A program made the translations under genes and the position numbers. Source: an uncultured Prochlorococcus sp. (GTDB taxonomy: Bacteria > Cyanobacteriota > Cyanobacteriia > PCC-6307 > Cyanobiaceae). From it: a stretch of DNA of 64,000 nucleotides. Position 1 is the first letter of the stretch, and every line of letters begins with the position of its first letter. Shown one piece after another: positions 10,976 to 22,113 of the stretch. Under the pieces are notes generated by a model, which searched no databases, was not told the origin of the DNA, and worked only from the letters and a program-made list of their open reading frames with translations. The DNA is taken from assembly GCA_902618795.1 (NCBI GenBank), contig CACNCF010000005.1, positions 10,401 through 74,400 on the forward strand, in the 5' to 3' direction.

Positions 10976-12382
10976 TTATAAATTATTACCTAATTGCCAC
11001 AAATTTAAGTTTGTTTTGGTCATATTATTTTTGCTTAAAATATTCCTGCAATCAAATATCCAGGCTGGAGATCTCATAGTTTTATTGACTTTATCCCAAT
11101 CTATATTTTTAAATTCATCCCAATCAGTCAAAATTACTAATGCATCAGAATTGTTCGAAACCTCATAAACACAATTACTAGTAGTTATTTTTTTATGATT
11201 TTTATTGGTTATAACTTTTTGTAGATCTAACCTGATCTTTTCATCGTTTACTTTTGGATCATATATCGAGAGTTTTGCTCCCTCTTCAATAAGATCTTTG
11301 CATATGTAAAGCGCTGGAGATTCTCGAGTATCGTTTGTATTCGCTTTAAAAGCAAATCCAAGTATACCAATCTTTTTTTCGGATAAATTTCCAAATAATT
11401 TTGTAACTATAATTTTGGAAATCCTTTCTTGTTGCCATTTATTAATTTCTAAAATGGATTCCCAATATGAGGCGACTTCAAATAACCCATAAAATTTGGA
11501 GATATAAATAAGATTCAATATATCTTTTTTAAAACAACTACCTCCAAAACCTGGACCCGCTTTTAAAAAATCTTTTCCAATTCTATTATCCATTCCTACT
11601 GCCTTAGAAACCTCAGAAACATTTGCTCCTGTAACTTCACACAAAGCCGAAATACTATTAATTGAACTAACTCTTTGAGCTAAAAAAGCATTGGCTGTAA
11701 GTTTTGATAATTCAGAACTCCAAATATTGGTTGTTAGTATTTTTTCGGGTGCTATCCAATTCTCATAAATTCCATAAAGAAATTTGATGGCTCTTTCATT
11801 CTCACCTCCTATCAAAACTCTATTTGGATCAAAGAGATCAGAAATCGCAGTCCCTTCTGCAAGAAATTCGGGATTAGATAAGACATGAAAAACTGACCCT
11901 TCCCCTGAAATTGATTCTTCTGGTTTTTTACAGGTCTCTAAAATTTTTTGTATAGTTTCAGCTGTCTTTACTGGGATAGTACTTTTTTCAACAATAATTG
12001 TCTCATCTTTAGCATATTTCGCAATTTGCCTTGCAGAACTTTCTATGTATTTAAGATCACTCGCTTCTCCAGCGCCAAGGCCCTTAGTTTTTGTTGGTGT
12101 ATTAACAGATATAAAAATCATATCTGAATCTGAAATCGTTTTATTAACATCAGATGAGAAGAATAAGTTTTTGCCTCTCCTCCTTTCAATTATTTCTCTT
12201 AATCCTGGTTCATATACAGGTAGTTTATCTAAATTTGAATTATTCCAATTATCAATTTTTTCAGAATCTATATCAACAACTGTTACTTTTAAAAAGTGGC
12301 ATTTATCTGCAATTACAGCCATAGATGGACCACCCACATAACCAGCTCCTATACAGCATATATTTTTAATTTCACTAAGCAT
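10976..12382 (-). CDS. ugd: UDP-glucose 6-dehydrogenase
   Basis: GAGYVGG, NPEFLAEG, GFGGSCFKKD motifs. Confidence 0.95.
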   Translation of the reverse strand: MLSEIKNICCIGAGYVGGPSMAVIADKCHFLKVTVVDIDSEKIDNWNNSNLDKLPVYEPGLREIIERRRGKNLFFSSDVNKTISDSDMIFISVNTPTKTKGLGAGEASDLKYIESSARQIAKYAKDETIIVEKSTIPVKTAETIQKILETCKKPEESISGEGSVFHVLSNPEFLAEGTAISDLFDPNRVLIGGENERAIKFLYGIYENWIAPEKILTTNIWSSELSKLTANAFLAQRVSSINSISALCEVTGANVSEVSKAVGMDNRIGKDFLKAGPGFGGSCFKKDILNLIYISKFYGLFEVASYWESILEINKWQQERISKIIVTKLFGNLSEKKIGILGFAFKANTNDTRESPALYICKDLIEEGAKLSIYDPKVNDEKIRLDLQKVITNKNHKKITTSNCVYEVSNNSDALVILTDWDEFKNIDWDKVNKTMRSPAWIFDCRNILSKNNMTKTNLNLWQLGNNL

Positions 12383-12440
12383 AATTTAAAATTTGATTTC
12401 AATTATATCAGCTTATTTTAAAAAATTAAAATTCCTTTTT

Positions 12441-13745
12441 TTATATTGTATTCATTTCTTCTAAGATCATAGACCTTAGTCCAGCCAATAAAATCCAAGA
12501 AATAATGCTTATTCTAAGGTCAAAATATTGGATATCAATTAAGTGAGCAATTATTAAGAAAAGAGTTGAACAGAGCCAAGCCTTATCAAATACATAATTA
12601 GATTCATTCAAAAAGGAGCTCTTTTTAAATTTTTTTAATTTTATGATTGTTGATTTGATAAATATTGAAATCACAAAAAAACTAAGTATTAAAGAAGGGA
12701 TGATTCCATAGCTAAATGCAATTTCTAATAGAAGATTATGTGGATGACCTATCCAGTTGTTATTTTGAAGTTCATATAATAAAGGGAAGGATGCTGCACC
12801 CCAACCAGTAAGAGGTCTTATGAAGATAAATTCAATACTAGTTTTCCAGATCCCAATCCTAGGAAATTCATTTTCTAACTGGGTAAATTCTTCTGGGAAA
12901 TTACTCATAAAATTATGGGGTAAATTACTAAAAATAAATTCTTTTATATCTGCAGATAATAAAGATGAATAAGTTAAGAAAATAATAAAAAGTAAAATTG
13001 TTACTAGTAAGAAAGTAAATATAGCGATTCTTCTCCCCATAATAATTGGTATTGAAAGCATCAATCCAATCCAAGAATTTCTCGAGTTAGTAAAGATAAT
13101 AGAAATAACGAAAAGAATAATAATCAATAGCGAAATAAACTTTTTCTTCTTAGTTTTTTCTGTTTTATAAATAGATAAGGAAAAAGGCCAAGCCATTGCT
13201 AGCCATGCACCCGCATAGTTTGTATTATTAAATGGTCCTGTAAGTCCGTCTGTAATTTCGATAGGTCTTTGATACCAGACTATTATCCCATTAAATAACT
13301 CCCAAGGACCATTAACATCAAACCAATATTGAGCAAGACCTGAAATAATAATAGGTATAGTTCCGCTTATTAAAAATAAAATTGTTTTTTTTCTCTCAAT
13401 ATGACTTTTTAAGTATGGCTGGAATGCCCAAAAACACCAAAATAATGGTATCCAATTTATTAAACCTATCCATGTTGATGAGTTGTTAAATTCAATAGGG
13501 TAAGGAATCTTTAAATAATATTGAAAAAAACAACTTGTTATCATAAGTATTGATACAACCAAGAGTACAATATTAAAATTGTCTTTAAGAAAAAGTGAAA
13601 ATTTATTATTGGTGCTTTTTATTATTGCAAATATAAATAAAAAAACTGAAATTGCAGGAGCTGTACTCAGAAGAAAAACGCCTAAATAAAAACTACTTTT
13701 TTCATGATTTTCAATATTCAATATTTTTTCTATATTTTTAATCAA
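12441..13745 (-). CDS. O-antigen ligase/polymerase family (WaaL/Wzy_C) membrane protein
   Basis: Multi-TM; TNSRNSW, RIGIW, RPLTGWG, HPHNLLLE motifs. Confidence 0.85.
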   Translation of the reverse strand: MIKNIEKILNIENHEKSSFYLGVFLLSTAPAISVFLFIFAIIKSTNNKFSLFLKDNFNIVLLVVSILMITSCFFQYYLKIPYPIEFNNSSTWIGLINWIPLFWCFWAFQPYLKSHIERKKTILFLISGTIPIIISGLAQYWFDVNGPWELFNGIIVWYQRPIEITDGLTGPFNNTNYAGAWLAMAWPFSLSIYKTEKTKKKKFISLLIIILFVISIIFTNSRNSWIGLMLSIPIIMGRRIAIFTFLLVTILLFIIFLTYSSLLSADIKEFIFSNLPHNFMSNFPEEFTQLENEFPRIGIWKTSIEFIFIRPLTGWGAASFPLLYELQNNNWIGHPHNLLLEIAFSYGIIPSLILSFFVISIFIKSTIIKLKKFKKSSFLNESNYVFDKAWLCSTLFLIIAHLIDIQYFDLRISIISWILLAGLRSMILEEMNTI

Positions 13746-13787
13746 GATAAATCAATATTTTTAAAATCAGAATGGGAAAAAACTTTA

Positions 13788-13861
<74 letters not shown>

Positions 13862-14036
13862 AAAATAAAAAAATGAGATTTCAAAGGGCTCAATACCTTT
13901 TGGAAAGTAAAGTAAATTACTCACCATTAATGATTTTACTAATTGATAGTAATCAAGACAACAATTTATTTTAAACTTAACCTTAAGGTACAAGTAAATG
14001 TATGTAAATTGTAAGATAGGTTTAACCTTGAAAATT

Positions 14037-15491
14037 TTAATTCATTACTCGTCCATAATTATCTTCAAATCTGATAATATCATCTTCTCCTAAATAATTA
14101 CCACTTTGAACTTCAATTAATATGAGAGGAGTTAAACCAGGATTAGATAATCTATGTTTTGATCCCAAAGGAATATATGCACTCTCATTTTTATTTAAAA
14201 AAGAAACATTGTCATCAATTTGAATCTTTGCTTTCCCCTCTACTACAATCCAATGTTCTGATCTGTGATGATGCATTTGTAAAGATATGCTGGCATTAGG
14301 TTTTATTTCTAATCTCTTTACTTGCCAAACATCTCTTATCTCTATAGAAGTGAAACTTCCCCATGGTCTGTAGCTTTTTTTATGATCTTTACCTTCTTTA
14401 ATTCTACTTTTTTTTAGTTCTTCAACTATTCTTTTTACTTTTTGGGTTGAATCTTTGTTACAAATAAGAATTGCATCATTTGTTTCCACAATAATTAAAT
14501 TATTAATATCTATCCCCACTATTAATCTTTCTTCGCTTCTTAAATAACAATTTTTTGTACCATCTAGTATTATTTTGCCGTTAATTGAGTTGCCATTATT
14601 ATCTTTTTCAGAATTTTCCCAAATTGATTTCCAGCTTCCAATATCGTCCCACCCAGCCTGAAGTGTTAGAACCGAACCTAGATTTGTTTTTTCCATCACT
14701 GCAATATCAATGGATACATTGGGACATTTTCTGAAGGTTTCTTCATCAATCCTAAAAAAATCCAAATCCTCAAGTCCTCTTTCGAGTGACTCTTCGCAGA
14801 GTCCTAATATTTCAGGTGCGTATCTTTTCATTTCTTTTAAAATTGTAGATGCTTTGAATAAGAATATTCCGCTATTCCAAACATAATGCTGATCTTTTAT
14901 AAAGGTTTTTGCCTTTTCTAAATTTGGTTTCTCTATAAATTTATCAATTTTGCTAAATGAATTTTTTTTTGAGAGTTTATCAATTGTTTTAATATATCCA
15001 TAGCCAGTTTCAGGGGAATTTGGAATTACCCCAAAAGTAACTATCTGTCCATTTTCAGCGTGTAAAATACCTTCTTCAATTACCTTCTTAAAATTTTCTT
15101 CATCTTGAATCAAATGATCAGAAGACAAAATTAGTAAGAGTGGATCTTCAAAAGAATTTAAAGACTTCAAAGTTGCTAAAGTAATAGCTGGAGCTGTATT
15201 TTTCCCAAATGGTTCAAGAATTATAGTATTAGTTTCAGTATTTATTTCTCTCATTTGTTGAGCGACAATAAATCTTTGTTCTTCATTAGATAAAATTATT
15301 GGTTTTTGCAAATTTTTTATTCCTTTTAATCTTAAATATGTATTTTGTAATAAAGAAAAATTATTTTTGTCGTCGAAATTAAGATATTGTTTTGGGTAAC
15401 TCGAACGAGAAAGAGGCCAAAGTCTTGTGCCGCTGCCCCCAGATAAAATAACAGGTATAATTTTTGAGTTTTTATTTTTTGTTTTATGCAA
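14037..15491 (-). CDS. manC: Mannose-1-phosphate guanylyltransferase/mannose-6-phosphate isomerase
   Basis: GGSGTRLWPLSR..PKQ, FIEKP, C-terminal cupin RPWG...HHHRSEHW. Confidence 0.95.
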   Translation of the reverse strand: MHKTKNKNSKIIPVILSGGSGTRLWPLSRSSYPKQYLNFDDKNNFSLLQNTYLRLKGIKNLQKPIILSNEEQRFIVAQQMREINTETNTIILEPFGKNTAPAITLATLKSLNSFEDPLLLILSSDHLIQDEENFKKVIEEGILHAENGQIVTFGVIPNSPETGYGYIKTIDKLSKKNSFSKIDKFIEKPNLEKAKTFIKDQHYVWNSGIFLFKASTILKEMKRYAPEILGLCEESLERGLEDLDFFRIDEETFRKCPNVSIDIAVMEKTNLGSVLTLQAGWDDIGSWKSIWENSEKDNNGNSINGKIILDGTKNCYLRSEERLIVGIDINNLIIVETNDAILICNKDSTQKVKRIVEELKKSRIKEGKDHKKSYRPWGSFTSIEIRDVWQVKRLEIKPNASISLQMHHHRSEHWIVVEGKAKIQIDDNVSFLNKNESAYIPLGSKHRLSNPGLTPLILIEVQSGNYLGEDDIIRFEDNYGRVMN

Positions 15492-15650
15492 AATAATGTT
15501 TTTCTTTTTAATTAAGAATTTTAAAATAATAAACCTATTAAGATTTAGTTTTTTTAAATACTACACTACTTTATCTATAGAAAATATCAAATAGTATTGA
15601 ACCTATAAAAAAAATTTTTTATAATAACAAAAATTATAGTTTGTATATTT

Positions 15651-16298
15651 GTGGCAAAAAAAGTTTCTGAGATTCAAAAGAAAGAAATGGTAGATAATTT
15701 TATTAACGGTAAAACTATAGAACAATTATCCAAAGACTTTAACTGTACTAAAAACACAGTTACTCGTCACCTAAAGAAAATTATTAGCGAAAGTGAATAT
15801 AAAAAATTAATAAAGAAATACAGTCAAATAAAAGAATCTTCAAAAATTATTACTCAAGATAAATTACATAATGAAAATTTATATCATCAAAGTAATTTCA
15901 AAAAAAATGATACAGAAAGTCTTCTCCATGATTCTTCATTTGTTGAACTCACTCCTTTAGATTGTGATTTAGAAAATACAATTCAGAAAGATTTCTCATC
16001 AATTCCTCTTTCTGATATTAATTTTCCTGATGTTGTTTATATGATTGTTGATAGTAAGATTGAACTGGAAGTTAAATTACTTAAAGAATTTCCTGAATGG
16101 CAATTTCTTTCTGATAATGAATTAAGTAGAAAAACAATAGAAATTTTTTATGATCTCAAAACAGCTAAAAGATTATGTGGTAGAGAACAAAAGGTTATAA
16201 AGGTCCCAAATACTGATGTATTTAGAATCGCAAGACCTCAATTGAAAGCTCGTGGGATTACAAGAATAGTAACTGATGAAACATTAATATCAATTTAA
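15651..16298 (+). CDS. Conserved hypothetical protein with N-terminal helix-turn-helix
   Basis: TIEQLSKDFNCTKNTVTRHLK is HTH-like. Confidence 0.7.
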   Translation: MAKKVSEIQKKEMVDNFINGKTIEQLSKDFNCTKNTVTRHLKKIISESEYKKLIKKYSQIKESSKIITQDKLHNENLYHQSNFKKNDTESLLHDSSFVELTPLDCDLENTIQKDFSSIPLSDINFPDVVYMIVDSKIELEVKLLKEFPEWQFLSDNELSRKTIEIFYDLKTAKRLCGREQKVIKVPNTDVFRIARPQLKARGITRIVTDETLISI

Positions 16299-16526
16299 AT
16301 TTCTAAGATTTTTTTTTATTGAGCTATATGTTAATAAATTACCTAATATAGAACCAGCTATAAAGCTTGTTCCTATAGTAAAACTTACTGGTAATTTAAT
16401 AGTCTCTCTATTTAAAAATTTCAATTTACTTTTTTCGGTACTATTTTGTATGCCAATAATTAAAAGTAAAAATAAACTTGAATTATAAATAAAAGCGAAT
16501 AATATTTTTTTATAAACTTTGTACAT
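16290..16526 (-). CDS. Small two-TM protein, LapA-like
   Basis: TM-IQN-loop-LP-TM pattern. Confidence 0.55.
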   Translation of the reverse strand: MYKVYKKILFAFIYNSSLFLLLIIGIQNSTEKSKLKFLNRETIKLPVSFTIGTSFIAGSILGNLLTYSSIKKNLRNLN

Positions 16527-16551
16527 AAATTTAGTAAAATTAATCTTAAAT

Positions 16552-17427
16552 TCAATATAAATTGTAAATAATGCTTTTTGAAAGGTTTTTCTTTTTTGCT
16601 AAATATTTCGAAGCTGATGATAAGCTTAAACCTGCATCAATTAATTCATAAAGTTCCTTTTTAATAATAATTTTATTAAATTCAAGATTTTCTTTTTTAT
16701 TTATACCTTTAATTACTAAGGTTATTTCTCCAAGTATTTCTTTATGTTCGAAATAGTCATATACTTTATCAATATTTGATCCTGTATGTTCCTCGAATTT
16801 TTTAGTTAATTCTCTTGAAACTGCAATTTCTCTTTCTCCTCCACAATATTTTTTTAATTCCATAAGCAGTTTTTTTAATCTGTGAGGTGATTCAAATAAT
16901 ATTGTTGTTTTATGATTATTACTTATTTCTAGAAGAATTTTTTCTCTTTCATTTTTCTTTTTTGGTAGAAATCCCTCGAAAATAAAACTTGAAGAAGGCA
17001 TCCCGCTTGCAACTAATGCAGTAATTGCTGCACATGGCCCTGGGATGCAAACAACGTCAATCTTACTTAACTTCGCGTGCCTTACAAAGTCTTCGCCTGG
17101 ATCGCATATACTCGGCATGCCGGCATCACTTACTAAAGCTATAGATTTTCCTTCTTTTAGCTCACTTATTAATGTTGGAATTTTTTTGAAAGAGTTATTT
17201 TTATTAAAACTTGTAAGATTATTGGAAATTTCAAATTTATTCATAATTTTTTTTGTCTGTCTAGTATCTTCGCAAGCTATCAAAGAGACATTCTTTAAAA
17301 TTTGAATAGCTCTATGGGAAATATCGTTTAAATTACCTATTGGAGTCCCAACTACATACAAAACACTATTTTCAGGTTCAGGACTTCTGTGCGAGAATGG
17401 AGAATTAATATTCATGTTGTGGTTCAT
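16552..17427 (-). CDS. rsmI: 16S rRNA C1402 2'-O-methyltransferase (exact start uncertain)
   Basis: LYVVGTPIGNL.D, ACEDTR, SDAGMP.ICDPG, FESPHR motifs. Confidence 0.95.
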   Translation of the reverse strand: MNHNMNINSPFSHRSPEPENSVLYVVGTPIGNLNDISHRAIQILKNVSLIACEDTRQTKKIMNKFEISNNLTSFNKNNSFKKIPTLISELKEGKSIALVSDAGMPSICDPGEDFVRHAKLSKIDVVCIPGPCAAITALVASGMPSSSFIFEGFLPKKKNEREKILLEISNNHKTTILFESPHRLKKLLMELKKYCGGEREIAVSRELTKKFEEHTGSNIDKVYDYFEHKEILGEITLVIKGINKKENLEFNKIIIKKELYELIDAGLSLSSASKYLAKKKNLSKSIIYNLY

Positions 17428-18324
17428 TTACCTAATGGTGTAGATATTCATAATCTTATAAATGATCTAAGAAATTTTAGTTGGGAAGCGGCGGATACTT
17501 TGCTTTATTATGGAGAGAAATTAAAAGATTCAAAACATAATAGTAACATTATAAAAAGCAAAGATAATCAAGATCCAGTAACCCTAGCTGATTTAAAAGT
17601 TAATGAGATAATTATTCAAAGAATTAATGAAAAATATAAAAATATTAATTGGGAAATTCTTAGTGAAGAAAACGTAAAAAAAGATTCTCAAAACTGCGAA
17701 ATTAATTCTAAATGGTTATGGGTTTTAGATCCTTTAGACGGAACTAAAGATTTTATTCAAGGTACAGGGAATTATGCAATGCATTTAGGTCTTAATAAAG
17801 AACAAAAGTCATATCTTGGATTAGTTTTAATTCCTGAAAAGAATGAATTATGGATATCTGATAGTGAAAAGACTTGGTGTGAAGGAAGAAATAAATTTAA
17901 ACTTGAATATAATTTTTATCCTAAGAAAACACTTGAAGAAATGATTATAGTTACAAGTAAAAATCACCAGAATAAAACGCTAAAAAAATTAATAGAGAAA
18001 GCAAATTTTAAAGAAGTTGTCGTCATGGGCAGTATTGGGTGCAAAATAGCATCTATTTTGAGGGGCGAGAGTGATATTTATTTATCTTTAAGCCTTCCTG
18101 GAGAAAGCTGTCCCAAGGACTGGGACTTTGCTGCTCCCGCAGCTATTTTAAAAGCTGCTGGAGGAGCTATTACTGATATAGATAACAAAGAACTAACTTA
18201 TGGAAGTTCAAATTTTGAGCAAAGAGGTATTATCATTGCTTCAAACAATAAGAAAAAACATAAAAATATTTGCTTGAAAGTTAAAGAGTTATTGAAAATA
18301 AATAATATTAATATTTTTTCTTAA
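17389..18324 (+). CDS. cysQ: 3'(2'),5'-bisphosphate nucleotidase, inositol monophosphatase family (true start probably a later GTG)
   Basis: [26 protein letters not shown] motifs. Confidence 0.9.
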   Translation: MREWRINIHVVVHLPNGVDIHNLINDLRNFSWEAADTLLYYGEKLKDSKHNSNIIKSKDNQDPVTLADLKVNEIIIQRINEKYKNINWEILSEENVKKDSQNCEINSKWLWVLDPLDGTKDFIQGTGNYAMHLGLNKEQKSYLGLVLIPEKNELWISDSEKTWCEGRNKFKLEYNFYPKKTLEEMIIVTSKNHQNKTLKKLIEKANFKEVVVMGSIGCKIASILRGESDIYLSLSLPGESCPKDWDFAAPAAILKAAGGAITDIDNKELTYGSSNFEQRGIIIASNNKKKHKNICLKVKELLKINNINIFS

Positions 18325-20486
18325 CTTAGTGGGGCAACAGGAGTAGGTGTAGGCTCTGGGTATGTCATCCCACCATTTTGTGAAACCCCTCTCAATGTAA
18401 GATTTATTCTTCCTCTACTATCAATTTCGCGAACTCTAACCGTAACTTCATCACCTTGTCTAACAACATCCTCAACTCTCTCAACCCTAGCTTCGGATAA
18501 TTGGGATATATGAACCATCCCTTCCTTGCCTGGGAGAATTTCTACAAAAGCGCCTATTGGTATTATCCTCGTTACGACGCCAGAAAATATTTCACCTTCG
18601 TGAACTTTTCTAGTTAGACCTTCTATGATCTTCTGCGCTTCTTCAGCAGCAGCACCATCATGAGAAGCGATTGTTACTATTCCTCCATCCTCTATATCTA
18701 TTTTGGTATTTGTTCTTTCTGTAATCCCCTTAATTGTTCTTCCTCCAGGTCCAATCACAGTCCCAATAAGTTCAGGATCAATCCTAAAGCTCAAAAGTCG
18801 AGGCGCGTGCGGTGAAAGAGATTCATTAGGTTTATTTATAGCCTCTTGCATCTTCTCTAAGATATGTAATCTGGCAGGACGAGCTTTCTTAATTGCATCT
18901 GAAATAATAGAAACTGGTAACCCGGTGATTTTCATATCCATTTGTAAAGCAGTTATTCCCTTTTCAGTGCCAGCTACTTTGAAGTCCATATCTCCAAGAA
19001 AGTCTTCAATCCCTTGAATATCTGTGAGAATTCGAACTTCTTGACCTTCTTTGATTAGACCCATAGCAGTACCACTTACGGGAGCCTTTAACGGGACCCC
19101 GGCATCTAATAATGAAAGCGTACTTCCGCATACTGAACCCATTGAAGTTGATCCGTTAGAACTTAAAACTTCGCTAACAACCCTTAGCACATATGGAAAT
19201 GTTTCTTTCCCAGGCAGCACAGGAATTATTGCTCTCTCTGCTAATGCTCCGTGGCCAATTTCTCTTCTTCCAGGAGTTCTCATCGGTCTTGTCTCTCCGA
19301 CTGAATATGGAGGGAAATTATAGTGATGGAGGTAAGTTTTTTCTGTGCTTGGATTAAGGTCATCCATTTCTTGTGCATCACTAGGTGTCCCTAATGTAGT
19401 TGAAGATAAAACTTGGGTTAAACCTCTTTGAAATAATGCCGAACCATGAACTCTTTTGGGAAGAATGCCTGCAGCAGCTGATATTTTTCTAACTTCGTCG
19501 AGTTCTCTTCCATCAACTCTTTTCCCATCATTAATGATTTGTAACCTCATTAGTTTCTTTGTAAGTTTTTTGAAGTCGGAACTTAATAACCCATCATTTT
19601 CTGAAAGAAGAATTTTTAATTGGTTGTCATCTTTCAAAGATTCGATTTTACTTTGAGTCTCAACTTTTATTTTTTCGAGTTCAAGATCTCTCTCTTCTTT
19701 TGACTGATCAAATTTCTTTAAAACTAATTCAATCGGTTTTGTACAATTCTTCTCTAAATAAGAGGGTAGTGTTTTATCTTCTTCAGGGTTAGATGGCTTT
19801 ACCTGCTTTATTCCTAATTCTTTCAGTAAATCTTCTTGAGATTTAATAAGTTCAGTAACTGCCTCATAACCAAAATCTATAGCTTCGATAGTATCTTGCT
19901 CGGATAACTGATTAGCACCTGCTTCAATCATTACAATACCTTCAGGCGATCCGGCTACAACTATGTCTAAATCACCTTTTTCTATTTCTCTATAGCTTGG
20001 ATTTAAGATGAAATCATCCCCTATGAGGCCAACTCTAACTGCAGCCATTGGTCCATAAAATGGGATCTCTCCCAGCAAAGTTGCAATCGAAGCTCCTGTA
20101 ACAGCTAAAACATCTGCAGGTACTCTCTCATCTAGAGAAAGGCAAGAAGCAACTATTTGAATCTCATCTCTCATCCAAAAAGGGAAAAGAGGTCTCATTG
20201 GTCTATCAATTAATCTTGAAATCAAAATCGCTCTTTCTGGTGGGCGACCCTCTCTGCGCATAAAACCGCCAGGGATTCTCCCTGCTGCATAAAGTTTTTC
20301 TTCATAGTCACATATCAGGGGTAGAAAGTCTGATGGTTCTTTTTTAGCAGTTTTTGTTGCTGTAACTAATAGTGAGGTATCACCACACTCAATCATTACT
20401 GATCCACTTGCTTGAGGAGCATATAGTCCTGTAGTTAGTCGTATCTCTCGTCCGTCAAACGTGATCGACTTATTTTTTCCTTCCAC
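18321..20486 (-). CDS. pnp: Polyribonucleotide nucleotidyltransferase
   Basis: Two RNase PH domains ([23 protein letters not shown]) plus KH and S1. Confidence 0.98.
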   Translation of the reverse strand: MEGKNKSITFDGREIRLTTGLYAPQASGSVMIECGDTSLLVTATKTAKKEPSDFLPLICDYEEKLYAAGRIPGGFMRREGRPPERAILISRLIDRPMRPLFPFWMRDEIQIVASCLSLDERVPADVLAVTGASIATLLGEIPFYGPMAAVRVGLIGDDFILNPSYREIEKGDLDIVVAGSPEGIVMIEAGANQLSEQDTIEAIDFGYEAVTELIKSQEDLLKELGIKQVKPSNPEEDKTLPSYLEKNCTKPIELVLKKFDQSKEERDLELEKIKVETQSKIESLKDDNQLKILLSENDGLLSSDFKKLTKKLMRLQIINDGKRVDGRELDEVRKISAAAGILPKRVHGSALFQRGLTQVLSSTTLGTPSDAQEMDDLNPSTEKTYLHHYNFPPYSVGETRPMRTPGRREIGHGALAERAIIPVLPGKETFPYVLRVVSEVLSSNGSTSMGSVCGSTLSLLDAGVPLKAPVSGTAMGLIKEGQEVRILTDIQGIEDFLGDMDFKVAGTEKGITALQMDMKITGLPVSIISDAIKKARPARLHILEKMQEAINKPNESLSPHAPRLLSFRIDPELIGTVIGPGGRTIKGITERTNTKIDIEDGGIVTIASHDGAAAEEAQKIIEGLTRKVHEGEIFSGVVTRIIPIGAFVEILPGKEGMVHISQLSEARVERVEDVVRQGDEVTVRVREIDSRGRINLTLRGVSQNGGMTYPEPTPTPVAPLS

Positions 20487-20659
20487 TTTTTAAATTATAA
20501 ATCTATACATAATTTATTCTTACATTTAATAGGGACAAATTGAGGAAATTATTTAGATAAGCTATAAAATTTTTAAAAATATCTCAGAAATGAGTCTTAA
20601 TTACTTTAATCATCTACTTTTTGTTGAAAAAAATAAAATTTTTAAGATTTAGTAATTTA

Positions 20660-20962
20660 CTACCAACTGGATTTAACTACCCCAGGAAGTTCACCATTAT
20701 GAGCTCTTTGTCTTAACTGATTCCTGCAAAGACCAAAGTCTCTATAGACTCCTCTTGGCTTTCCTGTTGCCCAACATCTATTTCTAATTCTATTTGGAGC
20801 AGAATTTCTAGGCAGAGCTTGAATCTTTCTGTGTATTTCTAATCTTTCCATTGGATCATTAGCCGCATTGAATTCATCTAATAACAATTTCCTTTTTGCA
20901 GCATATTTTTTAACAAGTTTTTTGCGTTTGACCTCTCTCGCAATCATTGACTTTTTAGCCAT
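20660..20962 (-). CDS. rpsN: 30S ribosomal protein S14
   Basis: [10 protein letters not shown]...[12 protein letters not shown]...[11 protein letters not shown]. Confidence 0.98.
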   Translation of the reverse strand: MAKKSMIAREVKRKKLVKKYAAKRKLLLDEFNAANDPMERLEIHRKIQALPRNSAPNRIRNRCWATGKPRGVYRDFGLCRNQLRQRAHNGELPGVVKSSW

Positions 20963-21024
20963 TACCCAAAATTATTAAACTAATATATATACTAACAGCT
21001 TGTCTAACATTATTTAAAATTTAT

Positions 21025-22104
21025 TCATTGGTTTAAAATTTTTTGTACGATTAAAAGCTGGCTAGTATCTCTAATAATAAGCAACACACTAAGTCCAACT
21101 AAAAGAAAAAAACTAGACTGAGTAACAACCATTTGTACTTTGACTGGGACAGGTTTTCCCCTTAATCCTTCGATTAAAGTGAAAACAAGTTGTCCCCCAT
21201 CTAATAGAGGTAAAGGCAATGAATTGAGCACTGCTAAATTAATAGAAATTAAAGACGCAAATAATAATATTCCTGTTCCACCTTGTTGTGATAGTTGGGC
21301 GCCTATTTCAACAATTTTTACAGGCCCACTTAATTGTTGAGCTGTTGAAGAGAAATTTGTTATTAAACCTTTATAACCTTGAATTGTTTTTACCAAAAGT
21401 GATGAAAACTCATTATTGGTGTATTTAAAAAGTTCGTAAACGTTTTTAGTCTTTTTAGTTTCTTTTCTTATATTAGGTTGTAATTGAGCCCCTATGGTTC
21501 CTTTCCCATCAACATTCTTCGGAACCAAAGTTATATCTTTAAAAATTCCATCTCTCTCAATTTTTATTGAAATTGGGTCATCTGAGGAATTCTGTATCTC
21601 TTTTACTAAAGTGGAAACAGCTTGATCACCTACTCCAAGAGTGCGAGTTTCAATTTCTAATATTTTATCTCCCGCTTCTAAGCCAGCTAGATAGGCAGCC
21701 TTGTCGGGTTGAATTGCCAAAACTAAAATTCCTGGTTCCGGCTCAAATGGAATACCAACCGTAGTTATATTTAAAATTAAGATGGTATAAGCAAGAATTA
21801 AATTAGCGAATACTCCAGCTGAGATTACAATAACTCTTTGAATTATTGGTCTATTTTTTAAAAGGTTTGGATCTTTAGGGTCAATATTATTTAATTCTTC
21901 ATCAGGGAATGAAACAAATCCTCCTAAAGGAAAGGCTCTAAATGAAAAAGTAATATCTTTATATTTTTTCTGTATTATTGAGGGTCCAAAACCAATTGAA
22001 AATCCATCAACGTATATGCCTTGCAAAATTGCTGCAAGAAAATGACCCATCTCATGAAAAAAAATGAGAAATCCCAGAACCGTAATTGAGGTTAAAACAT
22101 TCAT
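21025..22104 (-). CDS. rseP: RIP metalloprotease with PDZ domain
   Basis: HEMGH, NSLPLPLLDGG motifs. Confidence 0.93.
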   Translation of the reverse strand: MNVLTSITVLGFLIFFHEMGHFLAAILQGIYVDGFSIGFGPSIIQKKYKDITFSFRAFPLGGFVSFPDEELNNIDPKDPNLLKNRPIIQRVIVISAGVFANLILAYTILILNITTVGIPFEPEPGILVLAIQPDKAAYLAGLEAGDKILEIETRTLGVGDQAVSTLVKEIQNSSDDPISIKIERDGIFKDITLVPKNVDGKGTIGAQLQPNIRKETKKTKNVYELFKYTNNEFSSLLVKTIQGYKGLITNFSSTAQQLSGPVKIVEIGAQLSQQGGTGILLFASLISINLAVLNSLPLPLLDGGQLVFTLIEGLRGKPVPVKVQMVVTQSSFFLLVGLSVLLIIRDTSQLLIVQKILNQ

Positions 22105-22113
22105 TTTTTTATC

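Noticed and set aside
17389-17427. Head-to-head overlap of rsmI and cysQ
   Set aside because: Probably over-extended ORF starts; later start codons remove or shrink the overlap.
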